From Rhodopila sp. (lineage in GTDB: Bacteria > Pseudomonadota > Alphaproteobacteria > Acetobacterales > Acetobacteraceae), in contig NZ_CBDIBS010000004.1 of NCBI RefSeq assembly GCF_965276935.1, positions 481,306-545,305 on the forward strand: a stretch of 64,000 nucleotides of DNA. Direction: 5' to 3'. This document shows, in pieces, positions 30,904 to 40,338 of this stretch. Numbering within the stretch: the stretch's first letter is position 1; each line of letters begins with the position of its first letter. The translations under genes and the position numbers were made by a program. The notes beneath the pieces were generated by a model, which had not been told where the DNA came from, did not search any database, and worked only from the letters and a program-made list of their open reading frames with translations.

Positions 30904-31089
30904 ATGAGAGTCGTAACAGCTATATCAGGTAATCTCTTTCAACTGGCCGCCGCTGAACTAGGTGATCCAATGCAATGGATAAACCTAGCCCGCGTCAATG
31001 GACTAAGTGATCCTATGATATCTGCCCCCACCGCAATTATCATTCCGACATCATCTTCGATATTTTCAGATGGCATTGGACCCCAGTAA
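30904..31089 (+). CDS. Tail protein X/LysM-like small baseplate protein
   Basis: GNLFQLAAAELGDPMQWINLARVNGLSDP is a gpX/LysM-like pattern. Coupled by TAG-ATG. Confidence 0.65.
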   Translation: MRVVTAISGNLFQLAAAELGDPMQWINLARVNGLSDPMISAPTAIIIPTSSSIFSDGIGPQ

Positions 31090-32130
31090 ATGAGCCTGCA
31101 GGTCTCAATCGACGGGACAACTATTGCCGGAGTACTGCAAGCGGCTATCACCACGAACAACTATTACTCGTCGGGCTCTTTTTCATTAACCCTGGCTATC
31201 GGACCGTCCCCATTAAAAAGCACTGCCTGGTGGTCAGAACTGGGGGCCGCGTTAGTCAACATTAGCTACATCGACGAGAAGCTTGACGATTTGTCCGAAG
31301 TTATCACCGGCAGAATTGATACCGTCGTTCTAAACCCAGTTTACCGCACTGTATCTGTAGAAGGTAGAGACCTCTCAGCTGGGTTGATCGATTCCTATGT
31401 TCAGCAGGACTTTGTGAACCAAACTGCATCTGAGATTTTGTCCACCTTAGCAGGCCGTTGCGGTCTGGCGGTTGAAGTTTCTCCGACACCAGGGAACGTT
31501 GGTCGGTTCTTTGGAGATGGCTACACTAAGTTATCGCTCGGACAATTCTCGGACCTCAGGTCTAATTGGGACCTTGTAGTGCAGCTTGCACGCGCCAAGA
31601 ATTACGACGTATTTGTCGAAGGAACAACGCTGAACTTTCAACCTGCAGGCGAGGCATCTTTAATGGCAATCCCCATTAGTGCCGGCGACGTGACGGCGAT
31701 GCGTCTCGAGCGGAATTTAACGGTTGATTCCTCGAACCGGGTGACTGTGCAATCCTGGAACTCTCAACAGATGTCCGCCTATAACTCTGGCGGCTCTACT
31801 CCTAGCGCTGTTCTACCAGACAGTTACGGCACTTGGGGAACTGGATATCTCTTTTCGAAATCAAACCTGACGTCCTTACAGACCGACATGTATGCTAATC
31901 AGTATGCTAGTGAGGTCAGCCGACTGCAAACCGTTCTCCATATGAACATGCCTTGGAGTCTCGAGATCTCGCCCCGATCGGTTGTCCTGCTGCAAGACAC
32001 TGATTCTTCGTTTGATGGACTATACCAGGTTGATTGTGTCGAACGACATTACAGCTCAAGTTCGGGATCTAGCCAGACCATACGTGCAGTATCATGGCGT
32101 TACCAGGATAATAGTTTGGCTGGCATATAA
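31090..32130 (+). CDS. Baseplate hub (late control gpD/Mu gp44-like)
   Basis: 346 aa with VEGRDLS.GLID, NQTASEI, SNWDLVVQLA and GLYQVDCVERHY. Lies before the spike. Confidence 0.7.
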   Translation: MSLQVSIDGTTIAGVLQAAITTNNYYSSGSFSLTLAIGPSPLKSTAWWSELGAALVNISYIDEKLDDLSEVITGRIDTVVLNPVYRTVSVEGRDLSAGLIDSYVQQDFVNQTASEILSTLAGRCGLAVEVSPTPGNVGRFFGDGYTKLSLGQFSDLRSNWDLVVQLARAKNYDVFVEGTTLNFQPAGEASLMAIPISAGDVTAMRLERNLTVDSSNRVTVQSWNSQQMSAYNSGGSTPSAVLPDSYGTWGTGYLFSKSNLTSLQTDMYANQYASEVSRLQTVLHMNMPWSLEISPRSVVLLQDTDSSFDGLYQVDCVERHYSSSSGSSQTIRAVSWRYQDNSLAGI

Positions 32131-32144
32131 AAGGGTTGTTCCAA

Positions 32145-32663
32145 ATGCTTGATCGATTAAATAATATTGTAAAGGCACATGCCGGAAGCCAGAGCAAATC
32201 GTCGGGGCAGGCGAAATTTGGTACAGTGACTTCCGTTAATTATGAGAGCGGAAACGCGCGAATTCTTGTCCAGCCAGAAGGCGTTCTTTCGGGATGGCTG
32301 CCAATACTATCGCAGTGGGTCGGACCAGGATGGGGTATGGTATGCCCTCCGAGTCCTGGGGATCAAGTACTATTTGTGCCTCAAGACGGCGACGTGGAAC
32401 AGGGCGTCATTGTTGGAAGAACGTACTCCAGCAGCCATATGCCTCCGGTTGCTCCCGATGGCGAGTTCTGGCTCGTACACCGCAGCGGAAGCTTTCTAAA
32501 GCTCTGTAACGACGGAACCATCCAGATATCAGGTGAACTTCACGTTCAAGGTAATATTTACGATCAGCATGGTTCATTGTCTGGCCTCCGCCAGTCTTAC
32601 AACAGCCATACTCACGCTGTGCCAGCAGGCGGAACAACCTCCGCTCCCACACCAACAAACTAA
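32145..32663 (+). CDS. Baseplate central spike (gpV-like)
   Basis: OB-fold FGTVTSV..SGWLP..PPSPGDQV, a short beta-helix and apex NSHTH (HxH). Confidence 0.85.
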   Translation: MLDRLNNIVKAHAGSQSKSSGQAKFGTVTSVNYESGNARILVQPEGVLSGWLPILSQWVGPGWGMVCPPSPGDQVLFVPQDGDVEQGVIVGRTYSSSHMPPVAPDGEFWLVHRSGSFLKLCNDGTIQISGELHVQGNIYDQHGSLSGLRQSYNSHTHAVPAGGTTSAPTPTN

Positions 32664-32669
32664 AACGCG

Positions 32670-33041
32670 ATGTTCGATCTAGACCTTGAGTGGACCGGGG
32701 ACCTATCTGCCGGAAGCGACGGCGATCTTGCATTAGTGAGCGCACCAAGTCTTACAAATCAGCGTGTTTTGCGGCGCCTCCTCACCAACTTGGGGGGCTA
32801 CATATGGAACCTTAACTATGGCGGTGGCCTGGCGCGATTCATTGGCAGCCCGACAAGCCCGACCGAAATTGAGGCAGTAGTTAGAGCGCAATTGGCACTT
32901 GAGGCCGCGCTTCCATTGTCGCCAGCGCCAACTGTCGACATTAAATCTATGAGCAGCGGGACCGGCTATGTCGTAGCGAATATAACATATGCTGATCCTT
33001 CATCAGGCAACTTGGTCAGCTTAAACTTTCCGGTAAGCTAG
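32670..33041 (+). CDS. Baseplate wedge gpW/gp25-like protein
   Basis: 123 aa with QRVLRRLLTN.GGYIWNLNYGGGL, between the spike and baseplate J. Confidence 0.65.
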   Translation: MFDLDLEWTGDLSAGSDGDLALVSAPSLTNQRVLRRLLTNLGGYIWNLNYGGGLARFIGSPTSPTEIEAVVRAQLALEAALPLSPAPTVDIKSMSSGTGYVVANITYADPSSGNLVSLNFPVS

Positions 33042-33046
33042 GCGAT

Positions 33047-34180
33047 ATGCAACTCAATCTCAAGTCCTTTAGTCAGTTGGTAAGTGACATGGGAGCCGCT
33101 CTCCAGGGATCGGCGACCCGTCTAGTGGACGTATCTGTCGGGTCGGTGATCCGTGCAATTTTCGAGGCAAATGCTTCGGTCGTACTGTGGATGCAGTGGC
33201 TTGTCTTGCAGGTCCTCGGTATGACGAGAGCCGCGACGTCGACGGGCTCCGACCTCGACTCGTGGATGGCCGACTTTGGAGTAAAGCGGCTGAGTGCTAA
33301 CCCCTCTACAGGGACACTTACGTTCTCACGGTTTGCCGCCAACCTTCCCGCACTCATACCGGTAGGTACTGTCGTCAAAACCTCTGATGGATTGCTCAGC
33401 TTTACAGTTACGGAAGACACTTCGCTCCCGAGTTGGCAGCCCAGTTCTTCGGGCTACGGAGTACCAAGTGGGATTGCCTCGGCTGATGTACCTGCGGCCT
33501 GCCTTCTATCCGGCTCGTCAGGAAACGTCCTACCTAATACTATAACGATGATCGCCTCATCGTTGCCGGGTGTGGATCAAGTCAGTAATAATACGGCATT
33601 TACTGATGGATACGATTCGGAAACGGACCAGGTTTTTCGGGCGCGTTTTCAGAATTATCTGTCAAGCTTGGCTCGAGCAACGCTGACAGCAGTCAAGGTA
33701 GCGATCGCAAATGTACGACAGGGTCTAGTATTCTCCGTGAAGGAAAATGTTAACTCTGATGGAACTGTGACAGTAGGGTCATTCCTTGTCGTTATCGACG
33801 ACGGTTCCGGGTACCCGTCGTCGGACCTTCTGTCATTAATCGCTACGGCAGTAGACGCAGTCCGGCCTATCGGGACTACGTTTGTTGTCATCCCACCTTC
33901 TATATTAACCGTCAATGTATCTTTGACTGTTTATGTGCCAGCTTCGGCAGCGAGCAGTTGTAGCTCGACAGTACAGATGCAGGTTGTCGGATACCTTAAT
34001 AGTCTGCCTATCGAACGTCAGGCCTCGGTGACACGCATCGCACAAAGCGCGTATGCCGCAAACCCGGCGATTTACAATGTTACGAACGTGACCCTTAACG
34101 GGCTTTCTACGGATGTGGTTCCAGCAATGAGCACAGTGGTGAAAGCCGGCCAGATAACGGTGGTTGTAAATGCGGGGTGA
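33047..34180 (+). CDS. Baseplate J-like wedge protein
   Basis: ATSTGSDLDSW..DFG.KR, GSSGNV, GYDSETDQVFRARF and VDAVRPIGT. Confidence 0.88.
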   Translation: MQLNLKSFSQLVSDMGAALQGSATRLVDVSVGSVIRAIFEANASVVLWMQWLVLQVLGMTRAATSTGSDLDSWMADFGVKRLSANPSTGTLTFSRFAANLPALIPVGTVVKTSDGLLSFTVTEDTSLPSWQPSSSGYGVPSGIASADVPAACLLSGSSGNVLPNTITMIASSLPGVDQVSNNTAFTDGYDSETDQVFRARFQNYLSSLARATLTAVKVAIANVRQGLVFSVKENVNSDGTVTVGSFLVVIDDGSGYPSSDLLSLIATAVDAVRPIGTTFVVIPPSILTVNVSLTVYVPASAASSCSSTVQMQVVGYLNSLPIERQASVTRIAQSAYAANPAIYNVTNVTLNGLSTDVVPAMSTVVKAGQITVVVNAG

Positions 34181-34853
34181 CGTTGATGACATAAGCGGGC
34201 GTATACGAGCGGTCCTCCCCAGCGGGTGGTTTGCGGACCTCACTCCAAACCTGAATGCTGTACTCAAGTGCCTTGCCACCCCGTGGTCCTGGCTTTATTC
34301 GCTTGTTCAATATGTCATCCAGCAGACTCGGATTGCCACCGCGGACGGTGGATGGCTTGACCTCATAGCCTTCGATTTTTCCGGCGACGCTCTTCGGCGC
34401 CATGACGGCGAGGTAGATTCAGCCTATCGCGGTCGGATTAGATGGACGCTCATGCAAGGCGCCGCTACGCGCATTGCTATTGTGACCAATGTTCAGCGGC
34501 TTACTGGCTTCGTGCCAGTAGTCTTCGAGCCGGCAAATTGCGGTGACACCGGTGCGTATGGAGGCGCGGCGTCCGGGTCGTTCACGAGCTACGCGGGCCT
34601 GGCGTACGGCATGACGGGAGGGTGGGGAAATCTTGGGCTTCCGTATCAGTTCTTCATCACCGCGAAGCGTCCAGTAAATCAGGGCGTTGCGTCACTAGCG
34701 GGCTACGGAACGTCTCCCGGAGGATATGGAGTAGGTATGATCGCTTATGTGGATCTGGCGTTGCTCGTAGGCAGTGTGTCGGATAACGATATTGCTGCGT
34801 TCGTTAGTAACATTGTTCCCTTGAACACCACTGCTTGGCTTCGCCTCAATTAA
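34170..34853 (+). CDS. Baseplate wedge gpI-like protein
   Basis: RIATADGGWLDLIAFDF..R..GE.DSAYRGRI, directly after baseplate J. Confidence 0.65.
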   Translation: MRGDVDDISGRIRAVLPSGWFADLTPNLNAVLKCLATPWSWLYSLVQYVIQQTRIATADGGWLDLIAFDFSGDALRRHDGEVDSAYRGRIRWTLMQGAATRIAIVTNVQRLTGFVPVVFEPANCGDTGAYGGAASGSFTSYAGLAYGMTGGWGNLGLPYQFFITAKRPVNQGVASLAGYGTSPGGYGVGMIAYVDLALLVGSVSDNDIAAFVSNIVPLNTTAWLRLN

Positions 34854-34887
34854 CGCTTAGTCCTTCAACTACAGCAGAGATATCGGC

Positions 34888-36147
34888 ATGGATCGTAATA
34901 TCGTGTACCCTGGCAGCATTCCACTCGATACGGATCTGCTAGCGCTCAATCGCAATACAATGGTCGGTCTTGGATTTCTAGCGCAGGCAGTGCTTGGCGG
35001 AGCCACCGTTGTAGATGGGCTGGCGTGTCAACCAACGACGCCGGCTTCGTTGAGCATTGTCATCGGGCCTGGTAGTATGACTCAGTTCGCAGCGATCGAC
35101 CTAAGTGCTTATGGATCCCTTCCGGCGGATTCGAATGATTTCATGTTAAAGCTTGGTGTAAATATTGGATCAAGCGTGTTCAGCTTACTTGGTCCCAGCA
35201 GCGTCGGCCAGTCGATAACTTACCTTGTTGAGGCAGCGTTTCTGGAGTCGGATGTAAATCCAGTTGTTCTGCCGTACTATAATGCGAGCAATCCGGCACA
35301 AACGTTTAACGGACCTGCTAACTCGGGTACTGCGCAAAATACAATCCGCAAGCAGAGTGTACAGATTCAGGTTAAACCTGGTGCACCAGCTAACACTGGA
35401 AGTCAATTGGCACCTGCGGTGGATTCAGAATGGACCGGCTTGTATGTTGTAACAGTTGACTACGGACAGTTGGCCATAACGGCAGCGAATATCGTTGTCT
35501 TGCCCACCGCACCTTTTCTAAATTGGAAGTTACCCATGCTGCGTCCCGGGTTTGGATCCGGTGTACGGAGCTTCACCAGCAGCGGAATTTTCTTTATTCC
35601 GGCAGGTGTAGCTCAGGTGGAGGTAGAAGTGTGGGGCGGGGGCGCTGGCAGCTATGCTTCGATATCAGGCTTACCAAGTGGAGGAGGGGCCGCGGGCGGG
35701 TATGCTCGGAAGTGTATCGTCGGGCTGACGCCGGGCCAGCCTGTTGTGATTACTGTTGGTGCTGGGGGTATGGGTGGAACAACCGGCGGATCGGGAGCTG
35801 GACCCGGCGGCACCTCCAGCTTTGGATCCTTCGTAAGCGCCACAGGCGGACAGTTGAATAGCCAGGCGACATTCCTACTGCCGCAGAACGGTGGAACGCC
35901 AGCCGGTTATGGCTGGAATGGCGATGTTAACTTCTACGGTTCCGACGGCCAGGCTGGAATGGGACCTGTTTTTCAAGGAGGGATGGGTGGAGCAGCTCCC
36001 ATGGGAGGAGCACGAAATAGCGGAACCTATGGCAATACTGGATATTTACCTGGCGGGGGAGCATCCGGCGCAGGTACAGGGGCCAATGGCACTACGGGTT
36101 ACAATGGCGCAGCGGGAGGCGGCGGACTGGTTGTAATTCGGTGGTAG
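34888..36147 (+). CDS. Tail fibre protein with glycine-rich C-terminal domain
   Basis: Baseplate-attachment N-terminus, then VEVWGGGAG..GGGAAGGYARK..TPGQPVVITVGAGG and multiple GG repeats. Confidence 0.75.
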   Translation: MDRNIVYPGSIPLDTDLLALNRNTMVGLGFLAQAVLGGATVVDGLACQPTTPASLSIVIGPGSMTQFAAIDLSAYGSLPADSNDFMLKLGVNIGSSVFSLLGPSSVGQSITYLVEAAFLESDVNPVVLPYYNASNPAQTFNGPANSGTAQNTIRKQSVQIQVKPGAPANTGSQLAPAVDSEWTGLYVVTVDYGQLAITAANIVVLPTAPFLNWKLPMLRPGFGSGVRSFTSSGIFFIPAGVAQVEVEVWGGGAGSYASISGLPSGGGAAGGYARKCIVGLTPGQPVVITVGAGGMGGTTGGSGAGPGGTSSFGSFVSATGGQLNSQATFLLPQNGGTPAGYGWNGDVNFYGSDGQAGMGPVFQGGMGGAAPMGGARNSGTYGNTGYLPGGGASGAGTGANGTTGYNGAAGGGGLVVIRW

Positions 36148-36323
36148 CAAATCTGCGAACCATCGACATTCGGTAAAAGCCTTGAAGGTCTATGAAACCT
36201 TTGGCTTAAGATCCTGAAGTTCACCGCCGAACACATTCTGCAAGGCATGGATTGCAGCTTACTACCTGTCAATCGCCTTTCGCAGCCCACAACTTACCTT
36301 GATGGGCATGTTACGGAATCACA

Positions 36324-36809
36324 ATGTCAACGCTCGCCACCCATATATGGAAACCAAGCCACGCTCGCTTGGTTATTATTGACTCATTCATACCAGTTCC
36401 CCGCGGCTCTGCTGCTGTGGCTTTGCCGCCCCTGAACTGGCCCACCAAGGATCCGGGTGACGTTCTCGATTACATATTCGATATAGCGCCGGCGATTGTC
36501 GGAAACGACGGCGATGGCATTGCCACATTGGACGTCAGCCTGGCGCCTTCTGCTCCCGGAGATCTAATGCTCCAGAGTATGACTGCCGACGGCAGCCGTG
36601 TCATTATCTGGCTTTCCGAGGGACAAGCGGGTACGATCTACACGGTTACGTTCATGATTAAGACGATCAACGGCCGATCCATACAACGAAGTGTTCTTCT
36701 TCCTGTTTTGATGTTGTCCTCACCCCCAATTCCAGCCAATGCCATTCTAGCTGCATCAGGCATCGTTCTAACCGATCAGAACGGCAATCCCATCGTAGCA
36801 AACGACTAA
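36324..36809 (+). CDS. Fibre-tail adaptor-like protein
   Basis: WPTKDPGDVLDYIFD motif and a beta-sandwich pattern, upstream of the large fibre genes. Confidence 0.55.
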   Translation: MSTLATHIWKPSHARLVIIDSFIPVPRGSAAVALPPLNWPTKDPGDVLDYIFDIAPAIVGNDGDGIATLDVSLAPSAPGDLMLQSMTADGSRVIIWLSEGQAGTIYTVTFMIKTINGRSIQRSVLLPVLMLSSPPIPANAILAASGIVLTDQNGNPIVAND

Positions 36810-36827
36810 GAGGTCGGCCTAAAGCCG

Positions 36828-36847
36828 GCCGTTTGCCTGCAAACGGC
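36828..36847 (+). other. Intergenic stem-loop between the adaptor and large fibre genes
   Basis: GCCGTTTG-CCTG-CAAACGGC perfect 8-bp stem, with no U-tract. Confidence 0.45.
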
Positions 36848-36903
36848 GAAAGTTTGGATCAAGCGCAACAGCATAATTAGGTCGCGCCGGAGAAAGATAA
36901 TCC

Positions 36904-39900
36904 ATGCCTACTATTGACGAGCTGGCCCCCGCGACATCAGCTTCAGATACAGACGAATTCATCGTCAGCCAGGCCGGTACCGCTAGGTCCATTTCCCGTT
37001 CACAGGTTTTGAACGGCGTGCAGACACAATTGGCGGTTCCGACGGGATCCTTGCTTGGTCGCATCAGTTCCGGCACTGGCTCGCCCGAAGTTATTTCTAT
37101 CGGACCAAACCTTAGCTTTAATGGTAGTACGTTGTCTGCTACGGCAACACCGTTTTTAATTGATGCGCTACAGAGTGGCTTGGTCCCGGCTTCTGGCGAT
37201 CTGCTGTCGATGTCGCAAGCCGGCACAAATGTAGCTGTAACCTACGGACAATTTTTGAACGGGTTTTCCGGCCTGTCTAATGTTAACATCTCACAAGCAC
37301 TTGTCACGCCAACTGGCTCAATGGGTAGTCAGACACTTGCCAGCCTGACGGCGAAGATCCTGCCAACTTCCGGAGGTAGCCTCACTGGTGCGCTTTCGCT
37401 TGCTGCTAATCCGACGCTGCCGACCCAAGCTGCCAACAAAGCATACGTGGATCTGCAAAATTCAAACGTACTTTCATTAACGGGCGGCTCATTATCCGGA
37501 ACCCTCTCTCTTTCCTCCACGCCGCAACAACCATTGCAAGCCGCGACGAAAGGATATGTTGACGCGGCGATTGCGATCACTCTACCCGCCACTGGAGGAT
37601 CGCTGTCAGGAGCACTTCTTCTGAATGCCGATCCTGTCACTACGTTACAGGCTTCAACAAAACATTACGCCGATCTTAAGCTTTCTCGAACCGGCGATAC
37701 ATTGGCCGGCGTACTAACACTTGCCGCTGATCCGATGCTGGCCTTGCAGGCGGCTACGAAAAATTACGTTGATACACAATTTGCAGCAGCTTTACCGAAA
37801 GCGGGGGGCACCCTGCTGGGCAGTCTGGCGCTGGCATTCGACCCAACCCTCAATGCGCAGGCGGCGACAAAACAGTATGTCGATCAGAGACTTCTTCGGA
37901 CCGGAGACACTCTTGCCGGCGCATTAGTACTCGCGTCCGATCCGGTCACAAGCAGCCAAGCGGCTACAAAAAATTACGTTGATACACAAAGTCTTGCCAG
38001 TGTATCGCGGGCTGGATCGTCAATGACAGGCTACCTACTGCTCGCCTCTGATCCCGCGCTCGCGCTTCAAGCATCGACGAAGCAATATGTCGACTTACGT
38101 GTCGCCCGCAATGGCGATACATTGACGGGAGCGCTGTATCTGGCTGCAAACCCGACTGCTCCCCTCCAAGCGGCTACAAAGCAGTACGTCGATGGACAGA
38201 CGGCGAATGCCCTGACAAGTGCGGGAGGAACATTTACCGGCTCGGTCTTACTGGCAAGCGATCCGCTGACTGCGCTTCAGGCTACTACAAAACAATATAC
38301 CGATGCTCGCGTTTTACGGGCCGGAGATACATTAACCGGCGCATTGGTTTTGGCGTCGGATCCCATCTCACCGGGCCAAGCGGCGACAAAGAATTATGTC
38401 GATATCCAACTGAGCAGCACGTTGCCGAGGACGGGCGGAACATTGAGCGGCAGCCTAACTCTTAATGCCGACCCCATCGCCGCCAGCCAAGCGGCAACCA
38501 AGCATTACGTCGACGCGCAGACATCAACCACATTATCCTTGCTGGGCGGGACCTTAACGGGTGCATTGTCACTGCTTACAGTTCCGACCCTTCCTACTCA
38601 GGCAGCGACCAAACAGTATGTTGATACACAAGTCGCTACCGCTTTGCCGGTTGCTGGCGGCTCGCTCAGCGGCATATTAAGCCTCGCCGGCGTGCCGACG
38701 TCACCCCTGCACGCAGCAAGTAAAGCATATGTCGATGCAAACCCTTCGTCAAATGGTGTCATTAACGTTGCGTTGGCGCCATATGGCGCCCTACTGAACG
38801 GAGTTGCGGATGATACCGCTGCCTTTAAAGCGGCGTACTTAGCAGCGCCCGCAGGATCGGCAATCTACGTTCCACATGGAACCACAGTGCTGCAGCAACC
38901 AGGCAGTTGGGGAATATCGCTGACAAAGCGGGTCAAATGGTTTGTGGACGGCACTACTCTGGCGGACGGAACACCTTTGGCATCTGCGGTCCCGTCTGGC
39001 GGTAACTTGGCCGAATTGGTCCTACCAGGTTTTGTTGTAGGCAACACGTCGACCAGCTTTTCGGTCTCGCAGGGAAGTTCCCAAGCGACTGATCTCGCTG
39101 TTCAACAGTCCGCCTATATCGTTAGCCACAATGGTGGAACAAATGGCGCGGTAGTGGCGAATGCCCGCGTCGACACCATTATCTACAATAGCCCTGCCAC
39201 CTATATATGGGGCGGCATCGATCGGCTCATTTGGGCGGGCATCCAAACTCCTGTAGCCGCTACTCCAGCCCAACATGTCGGGCGCTACATTCAGACGGTT
39301 CGCCAAGTCGTGGCAAATGGCACAAACGGACTGCCGCTCCCGCAACCTCAACTTTGGGCAGCATGTCTTGAATACCGCGATGCAACCGGCCTGCCCTCGA
39401 GTTCGGCAAATGCAGCATTAACAGTAGAGATGGACTGGTTTGGAAACGGTCTGGATGATGCAAACAGCCGAGCAATACAGAGTCTGGTCATTGGTCAGAG
39501 TAACACCGCTGGTGCGCCCGTTCAGGTTTCCACCATTATTGGGGTATCGCTAAGTGCCGGATCGTCCGGAAGTGCCATAACAGTCTTCAAGGTAGACGTT
39601 CCCTTCTCGAACGCTGTTTTGGACACCACAAATGCAGCGCAAGTAGGTTCTGCACCCGTCATCAAGATGTCTGCTGGTCAAGCAATTGCGTTCGAGGGAT
39701 CCAACTCCTGTAGGCTTTTTTACGACAATACGACCAACACGAATGGTTCGCTGAAATGGACTACTGGATCTACAACATGTGTCGTTGGGAAGGGAATTTC
39801 AGTTGGTTGGGAAAATGTTTTTGCCACATCAAATTCCATACCAGCTTCTATCGCAGGTAATATTCTATTTCTTGTAGGCGCAAGTGCTTACACTTTAACT

Positions 39901-40296
39901 TTGCCTGCGGCTTCAGCGGTAGCCGCGGGTACTGGATTTACCTTTTCTGCCCTTGGAGCTGGAGCAGTAAGTATAACACCGGCGGGCACCGACGGAATTG
40001 ACTGTGGCCCAGTAGTCCTGAGAACCAACGACAGGTACCATCTTGTCTCCGATGGATCATCAAGCTGGCGTGAAGTCTTTAGGACCAATGCTGTTGGTCC
40101 GAAGTGGACCGCTCCTCCTGTTTTACCGTCATACACGGTTGCGACACTTCCGACAGGTCAAACGGCGGCGGGTCAAGCTTTTGCTACGAATGGCAGGAAG
40201 CCTACCGAAGCAGCCGGCACGGGAACTGGCGTGCAGGTATTTTTCGACGGTCAACACTGGATCTCCTGTTGTAGCGGAGCCGTGGTGGCTGCCTAG
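36904..40296 (+). CDS. Large repeat-containing tail fibre/spike protein (1130 aa)
   Basis: 13 fibre repeats, then a pectate-lyase-3-like entry motif VINV..YGA..NGVADDTAAF..IYVPHG. Confidence 0.75.
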   Translation: MPTIDELAPATSASDTDEFIVSQAGTARSISRSQVLNGVQTQLAVPTGSLLGRISSGTGSPEVISIGPNLSFNGSTLSATATPFLIDALQSGLVPASGDLLSMSQAGTNVAVTYGQFLNGFSGLSNVNISQALVTPTGSMGSQTLASLTAKILPTSGGSLTGALSLAANPTLPTQAANKAYVDLQNSNVLSLTGGSLSGTLSLSSTPQQPLQAATKGYVDAAIAITLPATGGSLSGALLLNADPVTTLQASTKHYADLKLSRTGDTLAGVLTLAADPMLALQAATKNYVDTQFAAALPKAGGTLLGSLALAFDPTLNAQAATKQYVDQRLLRTGDTLAGALVLASDPVTSSQAATKNYVDTQSLASVSRAGSSMTGYLLLASDPALALQASTKQYVDLRVARNGDTLTGALYLAANPTAPLQAATKQYVDGQTANALTSAGGTFTGSVLLASDPLTALQATTKQYTDARVLRAGDTLTGALVLASDPISPGQAATKNYVDIQLSSTLPRTGGTLSGSLTLNADPIAASQAATKHYVDAQTSTTLSLLGGTLTGALSLLTVPTLPTQAATKQYVDTQVATALPVAGGSLSGILSLAGVPTSPLHAASKAYVDANPSSNGVINVALAPYGALLNGVADDTAAFKAAYLAAPAGSAIYVPHGTTVLQQPGSWGISLTKRVKWFVDGTTLADGTPLASAVPSGGNLAELVLPGFVVGNTSTSFSVSQGSSQATDLAVQQSAYIVSHNGGTNGAVVANARVDTIIYNSPATYIWGGIDRLIWAGIQTPVAATPAQHVGRYIQTVRQVVANGTNGLPLPQPQLWAACLEYRDATGLPSSSANAALTVEMDWFGNGLDDANSRAIQSLVIGQSNTAGAPVQVSTIIGVSLSAGSSGSAITVFKVDVPFSNAVLDTTNAAQVGSAPVIKMSAGQAIAFEGSNSCRLFYDNTTNTNGSLKWTTGSTTCVVGKGISVGWENVFATSNSIPASIAGNILFLVGASAYTLTLPAASAVAAGTGFTFSALGAGAVSITPAGTDGIDCGPVVLRTNDRYHLVSDGSSSWREVFRTNAVGPKWTAPPVLPSYTVATLPTGQTAAGQAFATNGRKPTEAAGTGTGVQVFFDGQHWISCCSGAVVAA
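37372..38742 (+). repeat. 13 tandem 33-37 aa repeats G(G/D)TLTG.L.L..DP...QAATK.YVD
   Basis: Counted directly in the translation. Includes a 29/30-nt identical pair at 37750-37779 and 37960-37989. Confidence 0.9.
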
Positions 40297-40338
40297 GGTT
40301 CTCCTCAAAGCCGAAAACAAGTATCAGAAAGTAGTTTG

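Noticed and set aside
24878-36147. Tailocin, eCIS or T6SS
   Set aside because: Terminase, portal, scaffold and capsid are present, while PAAR, Afp15-like ATPase, membrane complex and toxin genes are absent.
37372-38742. CRISPR array or diversity-generating retroelement repeats
   Set aside because: The repeats are in-frame, degenerate protein repeats. There is no repeat-spacer pattern, reverse transcriptase or adenine-specific TR/VR pair.
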